Below, one piece after another: positions 1 through 14,200 of a DNA stretch of 64,000 bases. This DNA comes from Azolla caroliniana (taxonomy: Eukaryota > Plantae > Polypodiophyta). Made by a program: the position numbers and the translations under genes. Within the stretch, counting starts at the first letter, position 1. Every line of letters starts with the position of its first letter. The stretch is taken from NCBI GenBank assembly GCA_043228905.1, contig JBHGNT010000017.1, positions 15,996,001 to 16,060,000 on the forward strand, given 5' to 3'. The notes under the pieces were generated by a model. It saw only the letters and a program-made list of their open reading frames with translations. It was not told where the DNA came from and did no database searches.

Positions 1-806
1 GCACCATGTGCACTTACCCTTGTATAAACGCGTGAATAGTAGGAGTCAAGTCAGGACAGAGAATCCCATGTAAGTCGGGATTTATCCCACATTGTAGCGC
101 ATCTCCCTCCTTGTTCTATAAAAGGAAGGGAGCGCCTCTTGTGAGAGGGTTGCCCATTTTGAGTCGTAAGGGTATACCATTTTTGTGCTTCTTTTCTAAG
201 GTTAGTTACATTCTTTCCTTCTTCTCTTTCTTCTCCTTCTTGAGAACTCGGTCGGCAGCTATGGCAGGAAAGTTGTTAGGTTAACTCTTCTTCTAAGCGT
301 ACCCGGCTCGCGGCCGGGGTTATATCTCTCCCTGTTGTAGGTTTGCTTCTACTCGGCCTCCTGTGCAAGACCCCGCTTGGCGCGACGAGCCCGAGAGCTC
401 CCCGACGGCGGCTTGGCGGCAAATTGCTGTTGCGACCTAGCTTACCTTAGTCCGGCTCGAAGCCGGAGTTGTAACTCACTCTTGTAATTTTATATATATA
501 TATATATATATAGGGTTGTGCATATTTGTGTCTCTGTTGGTGTCGGGTGCTTTCCCCTTTCTTGTGTTTCCTGTACATAAGAGGTGTGGTTTGTGTCGGT
601 GTTGCGCGCGTGTTCTCTCTCTCTCTCTCTCTTCCTCTCTCGTGTTTGGTAGCCATTAGCACGCGTCTGGAATCGCTCCGGTTCGCGCCACAACCAGTGC
701 AGCCGGGACCGGAGAGAAGTCGGCTTCCAACACCCCCATCACTTCCTCGTTCGAGATCCCCATGGTCCCGCTCCTCTTCTACACGTACCCGCGGAATACC
801 GTGACA
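1..806 (+). mobile_element. Probable 3' part of an LTR cut by the window edge
   Basis: TATA-like TATAAAAGG at about 117, CpG-rich body, and a GTGACA end at 801-806 followed by an abrupt switch to AT-rich DNA. No partner LTR is visible. Confidence 0.5.
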
Positions 807-1530
807 ACGTAAGCATGATCCATTTGGATACTATATGTGACATGACATGTCCTAAATATGTAATTAGATTTCTCTTGAAATTTTGGTATTCAAAAGGTTA
901 TGTATTAAAATATTTGTTGAAGCAATTCGATTCTTTTTTCAAATGCTGAAAATGTGACCCACTAATGAATTATAAATGAGAATTGAATCCATTAAGAGGA
1001 CAATTAACTGAACTCTAAACGTGGTTTAAGTACACTCAATCACAAGTGTCATGGAAAAAAAATCTTAATGGTGAAATAACGTAATATGTTTTTTTTAGAC
1101 ATCCTCGTTATGCATACAAACTTGATAATATGCTAGACGAAGGACGACGTTGGTTGTCCATAAAAATGTGTATTATCTAGCTTCCATTCACATTTATGAA
1201 TATATACATAGATGCATGTGTAATTAAAATTAAAGAGCCTATAATTGGAAAGGCACTCTTTGAGGGATGTCAAACATTCATTACATACAATAAGTAAGGT
1301 ACACTAAGAGTTATTTCTCAATCTCAAGGTGTATTCACTTAATTGGCTATAAATGCCATGCACAAATGCCTTTTCTAAAGGATCCACAAAATTCCTCTAC
1401 TTACATTGTAACCTACTTGAGTGATATTGTTTGTTGTAGTTATATTTGCATAAGGCCTTTGATTTTTCATTAAGGTTATAAATTCTCAATGTAGTTGAGC
1501 TCAAGCTCCACTTTGGATGTGGCGTGTGGG

Positions 1531-2500
1531 ATTTTTTTTTTCTTCGAAGATTTTCCTCATTAGTATTAAGAAAAACATATGAATGCTACAACTTAAGCTT
1601 ATGTGTGCAAAGCTTACAATTTTCATGTACAATGATATACGATAATCCTAAGACTAAAGATAGAACTTTGTAAAAGGTAAAAAATTAAAAATATTGTTGC
1701 ATTCTGTCGTGCTTCACTGTTAATTAATAAAGGGTCCAAGGAAGTTGATAGTTCCATTGAGGCCCTTGAGTTGACTCAAAGAATAGGGGTAACTTTTTCC
1801 AAAAGTGAAGGAGCTTATTCTTTCTCTTGTTCACAGTCTCCGGTGAACCCTGCAAGTTGTCATACTGACCGCGAACTACTGCCACCAACTTCTCCCATAT
1901 CTCACGCAAGACATCTAAGAGACATTGATATATCGCCCCATAACGTCGGTTACATCGACATTTCCATAATGCCCATAACGTTGTTGTAGCAATTGTTTTC
2001 CATATCTGGGCAGATTGCACCTACTTTCGAGGTTGTTGAAAGGGGCTGATCAATATCAATCTTCTATTTTGTACCATCATTGCCTCTTGAACATCGTTTG
2101 CCTCATACAACATCAAACTGGAATGTAGCACTCCCCACATTGTTGATCCCCATGAAAATAAGCAATCAACATTGATTGTTAAAAATAACGAAAGAACTTT
2201 ATTCCATACTTGTTGAGCCAAGGAGCATGACCAAAGGGCATGCTTGGTAGTCTCTTGCGCTTTGTGGCAAAAGTCATATTGTTGAAGATTAGGTGTTACA
2301 TTCCCTTTCAATCATTGACCAACTGGTAAGGCCATATGCACTAATAGCCATCGGAAGAGAATAAATTTAGTTGGCCCCTTGAATGACCAAATCCATTTCT
2401 AGTAGGTTTTGAAATGCAAAGTTGAGACCCCCCAAGTGGTCCAATGTTTCTGAGCTGCTGGTATCCTCGCATTCCAAGAGAGCAATAATGCTCTTCCAAG
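1531..2500 (-). mobile_element. L1-type LINE 3' remnant (end of ORF2, 3' UTR, poly-A)
   Basis: Minus-strand ORFs read FCHKAQETTKHALWSCSLAQQVW (zf-RVT-like) and LWALWKCRC. The T-run at about 1532-1541 is a poly-A on the minus strand. Confidence 0.75.
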
Positions 2501-3816
2501 TTTTGGTGTGTGGGATTTTAGCATTCAAATCAAGCTATTGTGCATTTGTGTGTGTAATTTATATTATATAATGTGACCCATGTGTATGTATGATCAAGAT
2601 ATTGAGAGTATGAATAATCATACTTTGGGTATCTACTAACCAAGCTTTGGGTATCATTAATAAGTTTGTAAGTACTGGTCCCCTTCACCCATATTAAGCA
2701 TTGAGTGGTTGTTAGCCATCTTTAATGATCTACATCACCCAAAATCCATAGTGGAAAACATTTGGTAACCATGATGGAGCTACTCTCGACGTGACAACAT
2801 AAGGTGATGAATGTCATGCAATTGTGGTAATTTGGCCTCCACAACCGGTCATTATTAAATTACCCACTATCAATAGTTCTATGGAGGTGATGGATTTCAT
2901 GCAATTGTAGTTCTTTGACCTTTACAATTGACAACTATCAAGTTACCCACTCTTAAAAGCTTGCTTCATGGACCACACTCAAACTTCCTTTATCAAATAC
3001 GAGAGCTTGGTGGCTAAGTTTTCCATTATCTCAACTTGGGATCATCAAACTACATTTCACTAATTTAAGTTGCTTTACAATTCCACTAATCAAGCTTTTG
3101 AGAATGAAGTGCATAGCCCACCCTACAACATTGGCTCGGGCAAAGCTCTCTAGACAAAACCAACAATTTCTCGCCTTCACATAGCCATCTACCCATCACC
3201 TACCTAAAACAAATACAATGGCATGCTTTGACCCTACATCCTCTTTTATGATGCCAATATCGTGGAGGACATTATTTCCATCATCGAATTTTAGCAAGCT
3301 AAACACCTATCATAATGGCTAACCATCGGTTACATGGACGTGTCCCAAACTGAAAAGGAATGTGCTACATGGTAGAATCAATATGAGACGAGCCATTTTC
3401 ACGATTTGGATTATTTCACGTGTATTTCTTACAAATATTCAACAATTATATGTTCAAAAAGGGGACCCATTGCTAATTCCAATGAACATACAATTTATAG
3501 TATGATGTGCTTGCCTGATTGTTTATCTAGTTCAAAACAACTTCTCCAAAAACTGCCTTGAAGATTACATCAAGAGGACCTCAATGGAGTATTCTTATTA
3601 GTAGCCCATGAATCCACTTGTGACCAATTTGAGAGTCATTGGCTTCACACAATCAACATTTTGTACAAATGGTTCAAGGGGGATAATTTTATTAATCAAC
3701 TCTTGATTATTAAGAAACATTATTTGGGTTCTTCCAAATGATCCTATGATCAATCTATTTTATTGGGTTTTTTATTGTCGTCCTAAGATCAAGATCATGT
3801 AATAACTTTTTTTTAC

Positions 3817-4331
3817 TACTACCAAATTCTCTTATGTGTTGGTTGTCCACTTTCATCTCATCAATATATAATATTCTCAAATTCTTGTTCAATTCTTACT
3901 TCATTTTTCTCATATTGATTTTCATTCATCCTTGGCAAGAACACAAATGTTCCAATATGGAAGCATGTTGCGATCCATAGTGAGAGAATCTTCATGATAT
4001 ATATAATTCTCTTATGCGTTGGTTGTCCACTTTCATCTCATCAATATATAATATTCTCAAATTCTTATTCAATTCTTACTTCATTTTTCTCATATTGTTT
4101 TTCATTCATCTTTGGCAGAGAACACAAATGTTCCAATATGGACTACCAAATTCTCTTATGCATTGGTTGTCCACTTTCATCTCATCAATATATAATATTC
4201 TCAAATTCTTGTTCAATTCTTACTTCATTTTTCTCATATTGATTTTCATTCATCCTTGGCAAGAACACAAATGTTCCAATATGGAAGAATGTTGTGATCC
4301 ATAGTGAGAGAAACTTCATGATATATATAAT
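3817..4331. repeat. Imperfect tandem triplication (units of about 190, 137 and 190 bp)
   Basis: The unit AATTCTCTTATG..GGTTGTCCACTTTCATCTCATC..AAATGTTCCAATATGG occurs three times at high identity. Confidence 0.9.
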
Positions 4332-7300
4332 TTTGGTGAACTCAATGTGAATGGGTGGCAAGGAGATGGCAAACCAAGGCGAGATGTTGTGTATGATGGC
4401 TTTATTCGAGAGGATGCTTCAAAAGTAAAGGTGATGACAAAGATGGGGGTGAATCGTAAATCAGGAAGCATGTAAAGACTTTCTCGAGCATACACATGAC
4501 CCCTATATCTACTATGATAATACGGAGCATGAGTGACATGATTGCACTAATCACCATATTAATGCATTGAAGAATAACATAATATACTATTAGGGTAATC
4601 AAATTCATTCATTAAAAAATGATTATCAACTAAAGTCGAATTCAGGAAAGAATGCATGAAGAGGTTGATGGAGGAAATGCAGAGGCAAAAAAGGTGGAGT
4701 GTAATCTACTACTCTAGATTGATGGGGATTCACAACTTAAAGGAACCATAATCCCCAATAGACGACTTACGACCAATAGTCCTTGGTGGACATTTGACCT
4801 GATCGAAGAAGAAATATTAATATTGATCGGGTGGACAAATTTGATTGATGATGATACAACATTAATGAAAGTGTTGAGCCAAATCAACCATGGGATCAAA
4901 ATCAACTTATATTGGACGAGTCAGACATAGATATAAATCAACAACAACACAACATTGCTCATAATGCTAACCAACCATGACTCTAAAATCAATTTAATGT
5001 TGCAAGAATTCTACCATAAGGGTTGATGTTCAATCAACATAAATCATAGGTGGAAGAGGCATGTTGTAGCCAAATCTATGAAGGATCTCTATGCAAAATA
5101 CCCAAAGGCTCATGTTAAGTTTGACAATGTCATGATAGACAAAAGCTTACTTTATGAAAGATTTGACATCCCTTGAGATCATCTTCCAATCCCTTCAATA
5201 TGATGAATTGGATGGAGAACAAGGTACTCAATGACTGTGTGGTTTTCCTGTGCAAGACAATGAAACACCTATTATTAATTGATGAATTTCTTCCTCCTAT
5301 CAATCCTCTGTTGAAAATAACTCTAATTTTAAATAGAAACTAATTAGTTAGGTAGCATTATCTAAAAATAGGAGTGATTGTTACAACTGCTACGGTCACA
5401 TTTTATATGTATTTAAATCACTACAATACCACATATTTGGGGGTGAGTTCATCAAAGAATACATGTACAAGTTTATATGTTAATTCCAATATCTAGTTTG
5501 TAATCTCTTACCTCTTCATCTTTGTCATTCGAAGTCATAATCCTTACATGGTATCAGAGCAGAGTTTTGATAAAAAACTTGAGCATTATCCTCTTGAGCC
5601 ATATATCTCTAAACGGCTAGTCATAATCCCTGCACACTCAAAGTTATCCACAGTCAATATGACTACATCAAGCAGGAAATACGTCTTAGATAAGCTAATG
5701 GAGAAAAACTTCAAAAATTGGAAGTCGAAGATAGAATTGGTACTAGACATTGAAGGGCTTCTCAAGGTTGTGGATGACACTTGGGAAGAACCAATAGATA
5801 AAACATCAGAAGAATGGAAAACATGGAAGGACCGAGACAAAATGGCACGCTTAGAAATTCTACTACACGTAGATGACAAGCAAGCAGTCATTATCTGAAG
5901 ACTCACCACGACTGCTACAATGTGGGCAAAACTGAAAGAGCTGTATGAGCCACATGATGGTACGACTAAGCTACATACATTAGGTGCATTATTCAATATG
6001 TGTGTGTTGTAGGAAGAGGAAGATGTTTCTACCTTCCTAGCTACCAGGGAGGAAGCCATGGACGATGCTATTACCATTGGCAACCTCATCCCAGAAGATA
6101 TAAAGATAGGTTTAATACTAAACAAACTTCCTGAATCATGGGGAACATTTACTACCATGAACAACAACATTAAATCACTTCCAAAGTTACTTACAAAGAT
6201 TCATCATGAAGACATTCAACGACAAAAGAAAGCGGCAAATCAACCAATGGCCATGGCTGCTTCAGTCAATAGATATCAACAATATCAACTAGCAAATCGA
6301 CAAAGACATCAAGCTTGGAAAGGGAAAGCCCTTGAGTCAAATAAATCAAGTAACAAGAATGATGGGCAGAGAAGTTATACATATGGAACTCAACAAAGTG
6401 GAAGCTTCAAGGTGACATGTAGGTATTGTAAAAATTATGGACACACAAAAAGAGTGTGTCGATTCAAGCAAGTTGATCTAAATAAACCAAGCCAGCCACA
6501 AGCACACAATGTGGAGATTCAAGAAGGTAATGATGATAAATCTGAATACTCTTCGGATAATGGAGAAGACCAGAATGAAGAAGTATACATCCAAGCATAT
6601 CACATCAATACTGATGGAGGGGGAAAGAGACAAGATCATGATACCTGGTTTCTCGATATGGGTGCTACACACTATCTTACTTATCGGAAGGATTGGCTAG
6701 AGGAGTATCAAGAACTACCAACCCCACTTAGGGTTGTATTCGGAGACAATGGATAGAAACTAGTAGTTGGAAAAGGTAACATTTGTTTGATAATGGAAAA
6801 TGATAATCACATAAAAATTATAGATGTGTATTATGTACCTGGAGTGGCAAAACACTTACTGTCAGTTGGACAAACTACCAACAATGGGCTCACTATCAAA
6901 TTCACTGAGAACTAGGCCATGATACATCTCCATAAAGGCAAGAGCAAAGCAATAATATGTCCCAAGCAAGGCCATCTATATCCTGTTGTAGCAAAACAAA
7001 TAGAGGCATTGTCAACAAAGGTATGTCAAGACTCAAAACCATAATCAAGATAATGTTTCTTCCACATACATGTGGCATTGCAAGCTTGGACACATACACA
7101 TTCGAACGCTATGAGAATGTCAAAAACAAAAATTTGTAAGAGGCTTGCCAACTGTAAGTTTCGAAACCATCAAGGTATGTGAAGGCCGTCTCTACGGAAA
7201 GATGTCACATAAATCATTCTCACCAAGTAGCACAAGCACGCCCAAGCCACTACAATTAGTACATTCTGATCTATGTGGTCCATTTTCTATTCCATCTATG

Positions 7301-9329
7301 TATGGTTCAAAATATTTCATTACATTCATAGACAACACTACAGATTCACAGTAGTTAGTTTCTTGAAGCATAAGGCACAAGCATTTGTAACATTTGAAAG
7401 CCTTGTAGAAAACCAAACGAATCATACAATCAAAGTCATCCGTAGTGACAATGGCGGGGAATTTACTTCAGAAGAATTGGAAACGTTTTGCCAACAACAT
7501 GGAATCCTTCATAAAAAATTAGTACCATGCACCCCTCAACAAAATGGTGTTGTTGAAAGGAAAAACCGAACACTTCTTAATGCAGCTAGAAGCATGCTAG
7601 CAACTAGCAAAATGCACCACCGATTTTGGGAAGATGCAGTGGCAACACCGTGCTATCTGCTAAATAGGACTCCTCACCGCGCTCTACAAGGAGCTATACC
7701 ATTCACACTATGGTATGACCAATCTCTTAATGTTTCACATCTCAAAGTCTTTGGAGCAGCAATAACATATACCTACATACAATCAAAGAATAGGTCAAAG
7801 CTAGAGAATCATTATACCAAAGGGAGGTTTATTGGATATGGAAACCCCTACGGAGTAAAAGCCTACAAGATTTATCTCCTTCAGTCAGGTAAAATTGAGT
7901 TTAGTTGATTTGTTAAGTTTGATGAAGAATTTGTGATTTGTGGTCAAGTTGGAAGATCAGAGACCTCATCCTTGGAGGGCACCTTGTGTGACATCTTCCA
8001 ACACATGGCAGCCACAAGGGAAAAAGAAATAGACACTAGTGGATGCGGATTACAAAGGAAAACTTTAAAACAATCACACACCAATGAGCGTGGGCGATGA
8101 AGTCGACTCAATGGGAGACCTTGAGGAGGAAAACAAATTTTGTAGAAAATATGATGAAGAACCCCAATATACTATCAAGACACGCAATAGAACCCGTTAA
8201 GACAATCAGACTCTACGACAAAATGTGCCGCGGGCATGGACATCAACAATAAAACCAAGACATACAATAAACAAATTCATCATGGAAACCCTTTACTTGA
8301 AGCTGCAATCAGGTCTGAGAAGGAGATCCTTGCCTTGATGAGCTTGGATGATGCGGAAAGGAAGGGGATAACACAACTCAACCACCACATGAAAGCTGCA
8401 ACGAAGTCCTCTACACCATCATCGACCGATGGGGCTATTAGGAGATGCAAAGAACCTGCAAATAATAGGGAACGATTTCAACCAACAAAACCGGATAAAA
8501 AGAAAGGAGGCAAACCTGATACAATGAGTGGTGCAGATGGTATATTTAGTAATTCAACAATCCAAAACTGCATTAGATCAGAAGACGAAGATTCAGATGA
8601 TGAACGTTGTAACAAAGATGAGGCGTTAGAAAACAATAAAAAAGGGGGCAAGAAAAAGGCAAAACTATTAAGTGACATCTATAACACCACAAAAGACCTC
8701 TCAAAGCATTTCATTGCTAAAATCGAATCCGACATATCAGCTTTTACAACAGACATGAAAGACGAAGGAGGGGATCTTGCACCGATCATTAATCTTAAGC
8801 AAGCACTCTAGAGCATAGAAAAAGAATCTTGGATCGATGCTATGCAGATGGAGGCAAGTGCTCTTACTAAAAACAAGACATGGAGTCTTGTCCCTCGGTC
8901 GCCTAACTCCTAACTCCAACATTGTCAGTTGCAAATTGCTTTTTACCAAGAAATGTGTTGCTCATGGGACTCCAATCCGATTCAAAGCTTGAGGCTTTTC
9001 ACATATTCCAGGCATCGACTATCATGAAACTTTCTCACCTACATTGAGAATCACATCCCTTCATCTTTTGCTTGCAATATCAACATACCTCAATTTGGAA
9101 GTGCATAATGTAGATATCGAAACAACATTTCTTCATGGAGATTTAGAAGAAACTATCTACATGGAACAACCCAAAATGATGAAAAATGAAAAGTATCTTG
9201 ACTATGTATGCAATCTACACAAGCCATTGTATGGATTAAAACAATCTCCAAGACAATGGTATGCCAAGCTACATAAGTTCTTGCTCAATGCCAACTTCAC
9301 ATGGCTTTACTTTGAACCAAACCTATATG

Positions 9330-9878
9330 TGTTAGGAAACAGGTCCCTCCGGATGGGAAGTGAGATCCGGAAGACCCGGTGAGAACCTGATGTTGCAGGC
9401 CCGGTGAGAACCTCTCATCGGATGGAAGGGACATATATGTAAATATGTCCCAGAGAGCCCACTAGGGCTATATTTGTAAATAGCCCGAAAGTCATATTAG
9501 TATAAATTTGACCTAGGGCAAACTTAATAGTTATGATGATAGAGTTATTGGTGTAACTTCTGTACAGTGCATAAGAGAGAGAGAGAGAGAGAGCGATATA
9601 CAGAGATTGTGTCTCTGTTGTAACCGTCGCTAGGCGAAGATTGTGAGCAAGAGGTTGTTGCCTCTGTGCTCCCTGTTGTATTCTTCTTACAGAGTGATAG
9701 TTTGGAGTCTGTGGACTCTCGTGGTTTTTCCCTCTCAGGGTTTTCCACGTTAATATACTGTGTATTCTCTTTCTGTTTTGTGTACTTACCTCCATTCCCA
9801 TTTCGTCTGTGTTTTGATTGTCATCAAGTGATCTACGCTTTGGTTGTGGCCGGAGATTAATCCGCGTATTCCACGTCA
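9330..9878 (+). mobile_element. Solo LTR (copia B family) inserted in the copia A RT
   Basis: TGTTAGG...CACGTCA flanked by TSD ATATG. The host frame NLYV|RK rejoins on removal. Homologous to the split LTR at 14738-20971. Confidence 0.93.
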
Positions 9879-10544
9879 ATATGTACGGAAGACAAAATCA
9901 TAATTCATCATATTAGGAGTTTATGTGGATGACTTGCCTATAGCAGGAACTTTTGAATAAGAGATACTAGAGGTGATCAAGGAGCTACAACATCATTTTC
10001 CAATCAAGCATCTTGGGCCATTGGAGCATTTTCTTGGAATTCATGTACAAAGGAATCAGAGCCTATGGATACTATCACTTTCACAAGCAAAGTATGTGGA
10101 CAACATCTTGAATAAATTCGACATGGTTGAATGCTCTTCGATATGCACACCACTCACCGTACCATGTAAGCCATCATCTCGAGACTCTCCTCAAAATGAT
10201 GAAGAAGCATGTGTTATGAAGAATATTCCTTATCGCCAAGTATTAGGGAGCCTTCGGTACTTGGTGAGTTGCACAAGACTAGATTTGCCATTTCAACTGG
10301 TTTTCTCTCAATATTTATGGAAAAACCAGGTCTTCATCATTGGGTCGCATTCAAACAAGTACTACGGTACTTAAAGTACACTCGAAATATGGCATACTTT
10401 GGGGCAGACAACTCCAAAATACAAGCATGGTTGTCAACACCACTACAAGGATGGACTGATGCAAATTGGGGAGGAGATGCTGATTCTTCTCGCTTCACAT
10501 CAGGTTTTTTCTTTACTTTTACAGGAGGATCAATTGCATGGCGG

Positions 10545-11467
10545 TGTCGTGAAGTTGACACTTCACGATGTGAAAACAATGTCAAAAATCTATAGAAGTA
10601 CATTACCCATCTGGAGCTTATGACATGGAGCATGAAGGAATTTTCGGTTCGTGAATCGGAGTTCAGAAGCCCAAGATACAAGCTTCGGAAGGCTTAATGT
10701 TACTTGGGACAAAAATGTAATTATGTCAAAAAGGGGAGTCAAAATTAAATAAGGTCTATTTCTATAATTTCTTAAATATAGAACTATAAAATTGAATTGT
10801 AGCATCAATAAATAAAGAAAATAAAAATAAAAATACAACCGCCTTGCATGAGGCAGTTTGTCAACCTCCTCAAGAGGGTGGTAGGGCGGTTGATCACCCT
10901 ATATAAGCCACGCCTATGGTGGCTAAAGGAGAGGAGGAGAAGGAAAAGCGAGTGAAGAAGCTCGCGTGGGTATGGGATGCAGAGCTCGCCAAAGAAGATG
11001 GTGGCTTGAATAAATCAAGACAAGAGTTAAAGAAAAGAAAGGGGGTACAAGAAAAAGAAGAAGTTAAAGTGTTGTATCTTTAATGTCTCTTTGTAAACAA
11101 AAGGTTGTGAGTTCAAATCCTCCTCAAATAAATTCTTTTGGTAATAAAATTTTGTAATATAAGTTTAGTATATATAAAGTGAAAGAGAAAGACAAATAAA
11201 TAGAAACTAGAAAGATTGAAGTGGTTTATCTCAAACGCTTCTTCTCAAATAGAGTTTGTGATTTCAAGTCTTGCCAAGTAAGTTTTGGCAAATAAATATT
11301 GTAGGTGGTTGTTTTACAAGTAAAATTCTTTTCGCGACAACGTTGCATTTATCTTGCCTTCTCGGCTTCTTGTCATCGCACCGTTTGCGATTACACGTTT
11401 TCACCCCGATCATCCTCGAGTCACAGAACCCCAGCGGTTGCGACACACAACCACAATCTTCGCGACA
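10545..11467 (+). mobile_element. Solo LTR (923 bp) inserted in the copia A RNase H
   Basis: Terminal inverted ends TGTCGTGAAG / CTTCGCGACA. Host GSIAWR|TKKQATV rejoins on removal. Flanks GCGG / GCGT. Confidence 0.85.
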
Positions 11468-12539
11468 GCGTACGAAAAAGCAAGCCACTGTCACCCTTTC
11501 CTCTACTGAAGCTGAATATATCGCAGCCACGCTTACAGCTAAAGAAGGTATTTGGCTTCGATCGATAATCCAAGAATTAAATATTTTACAAATTTCCAAA
11601 TTTAGGTTATGGTGTGACAATTAGTCATGTGTCAAGATCACCAAGAACCCAAAAATCACCGACCAAAATAAACATATTCGGGCCCGATACCACTTTATAA
11701 GAGAACTGGTCGAAGAACATAACCTCAACATCAACTATACCCCTACTCAAGACATGTGGGGTGATTTCTTAACAAAGCCAGTTCCAAGTATTAAACATTG
11801 GAATTGTCGCAAAAATATTGGGTTGAGTCTCTCTCAATAACCTATAGGAATTAGAGGTAAGGGGGGTGTTGAAAATAACTCTAATTTTAAATAGAAACTA
11901 ATTAGTTAGGTAACATTATCTAAAAATAGGAGTGATTGTCACAATTGCAACAATCACATTCTAGATGTATTTAAATCACTACACTACCACATATTTGGGG
12001 GTGAGTTCATCAAAGAATATATGTACAAGTTTATATGTTAATTCCAATATCTAGTTTGTAATCTCTTACCTCTTCATCTCTGTCCTTCAAAGTTATAATC
12101 CTTACATCCTCTTGTTGATATTGTTGGGTTGAGGATCTAGACGGGCATATAACCCTACTGGTAGTGAATTGGACAAGAGTGGTTGTAAGTCACTCTTGAA
12201 CTACTAGCTTAACTAGCCTTAGTGATTAGCACTTACATGCACATACTCTCTCTCTCTCTCATTCATTCCCTCAATAAATAGAGAATAATAGAGATAATAG
12301 ACACAAAAGAAGATTGAATAACTTCACATCACTTCTTATTATTAAGAGGTTTTAGCATACATACAAATTTAGTTAAGTGACTAGGGTTGGCTAACATTAG
12401 CTCGTTAACACTAATCAATCTTAAACTCTAATAATGTATTAAGAGGAGAGAATGAGAGCTCCATTACATGCACTGAAATGACTGACCCAAGTATGGAGAA
12501 GAGCTACAAAATCACTTAAGGGTAACTTTTATAGCTTTT

Positions 12540-13200
12540 TATGATGGGTTGGGTCCCTTTCACCCCAAGGTGCTCGTTGGGTAAAAGCTTCCTAGTGAGA
12601 TTTACTCTATCCCCTTTTTCATATTGTCTTCTTGAGTTCATGTACTTTGATGGCACTATTGTCTTCACTACTTGTGTCTTAGGTGATAGATACTTACCAA
12701 TGAATATTCAATGTTTGCACGGATTTAGATCCAAGATGGTGGTAAATCGACACAATTCCTTGATAAAGCAAACTATTTTTTAACAATGGGGTATAATAAG
12801 GTGGGGTGATGATAGCCATGTTGCATGGGTAATAGATTGTGAAAATATTTTTCATGACTCATCCTGTAATTGAACACACTTGAGTCCATGAACCATACTT
12901 TGCCAACTTTACTAATGTTCATCGACATAGAAATTACCTTATGATTCATTATAAACATATCATCATAACCATCGTGGTTGGAGTTGGTGGCATCATAATC
13001 TTCAACATCATGGTAAGTTTTCAATCATTAGTGGCCTCACTTTTCTTCTTTCGACAGTCAATTTCGATGTGATTGAACTTGTCGCAATAATAACATTAAG
13101 GTTTGTTTTGACGGTTTGCCCACCATTGAAAATCCTCATCCTTTTGGTTTTGGAGTTTTCTCTTCACCTCTTGCCATGATGTCACAATTCAAAGTCCACA
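12540..13200 (-). mobile_element. Degenerate Ty1/copia remnant (gag knuckle, protease, integrase tail)
   Basis: Minus strand gives CYYCDKFNHIEIDC and VWFMDSS, plus a DSKS..IFIG-like integrase-tail segment. Confidence 0.6.
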
Positions 13201-13729
13201 TTTTTTTATGAATATTGTTCGTCACCATTGTATTTCTAGTTGCTCGATTTTCTTTCATTCATGCACATTGAGTTATGTAGTCGCATTACAATAACAATGG
13301 TCGATTGAGTTGACCATATGAGCTAGTACTTTCTTAGAAATTCACTAATATGATAATGGTGGTCGATTGCATCAACCATATGAGCTAGTTGTTTTCCTTG
13401 AAACTCCTTGTAGTCGAGCAGATAGACAAAATAGATATGAATTATGAGTTATTTGTTATGTGAGTCTTTGAGAGATAGATAGATAGATTCTATTATCATC
13501 TTTGGAGGTCAAATATGACCTATGAGAACAAAAATATTACATTTCACGTGATACGTGTGAAAGTGCATTGCGACTCTTGATGTTCAAGAACTTTACCAAT
13601 GAATGTTGCAATCGAGAGTGCACATTGTGGTTATGAGAGAAATTCGTGCAAGGATTGGGCTTGGTCGAAGATGTGTGGAAAGCATGGTCAAATATGATCA
13701 AAGGTAGAGAATTGTTTCAAAGTGTGATA

Positions 13730-14200
13730 CTCGATGGCGTTTTAGTAATCTAAGTAGAGTGATCGTGATGTTAGTGACTACGCCTAGGAGGAGATCCCGT
13801 GAATCATCCTCCAACATCTGTCCTGTTGCGGATCTCACGATCGACTTCGCTCCTTCCTACTATGTGGAACAAAGAGTGTAGGAGGAGATAGATCAACTGT
13901 AACAACTCTCAGTTGTGGTTCATGTGGTGGGCGGCTGCCCAAGTAGAAGTGATATCCATCATCTTCTTCAAGTGCAGCTCCAATGTGCTGATTTAGAGAG
14001 AATTCTCGATCTTCAGCTACTAGGACGAAACTGCTATTACTTGGAATTTGCATCAGAGGAGATGGTCCAAAAGTTGTTACGGCTAGGTTGCATACAAGTT
14101 AGAGGCCTTTGGCTACAATGTTTGCGGTGGTTTCCCAATTTCAACACAGATTTGCTGAATTCGACTGGTAACTACAAGTTTGTTTTTTCAGTTATGTTTC
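13730..14200 (+). mobile_element. L1 LINE ORF1 fragment (DUF4283/RRM-like), cut by an LTR at 14201
   Basis: VVGGCPSRSD..LQLLGRNCYYLEF..WLQCLRWFPNF matches the plant L1 ORF1 pattern. Confidence 0.65.

Larger units (their letters stand above)
5309..12106 (+). mobile_element. Full-length decayed Ty1/copia element (copia A) with two nested solo LTRs
   Basis: 240-bp TG..CA LTRs at 5309-5548 and 11867-12106 (about 14 mismatches), TSD TCCTC on both sides, PBS TGGTATCAGAGC at 5549 and PPT at about 11853-11866. Domains: gag knuckle CRYCKNYGHTKRVC, PR WFLDMGA, IN RSDNGGEF/PQQNGVVERKNRT, RT LYGLKQ, RH SSTEAEY. Stops and frameshifts are present. Confidence 0.97.
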
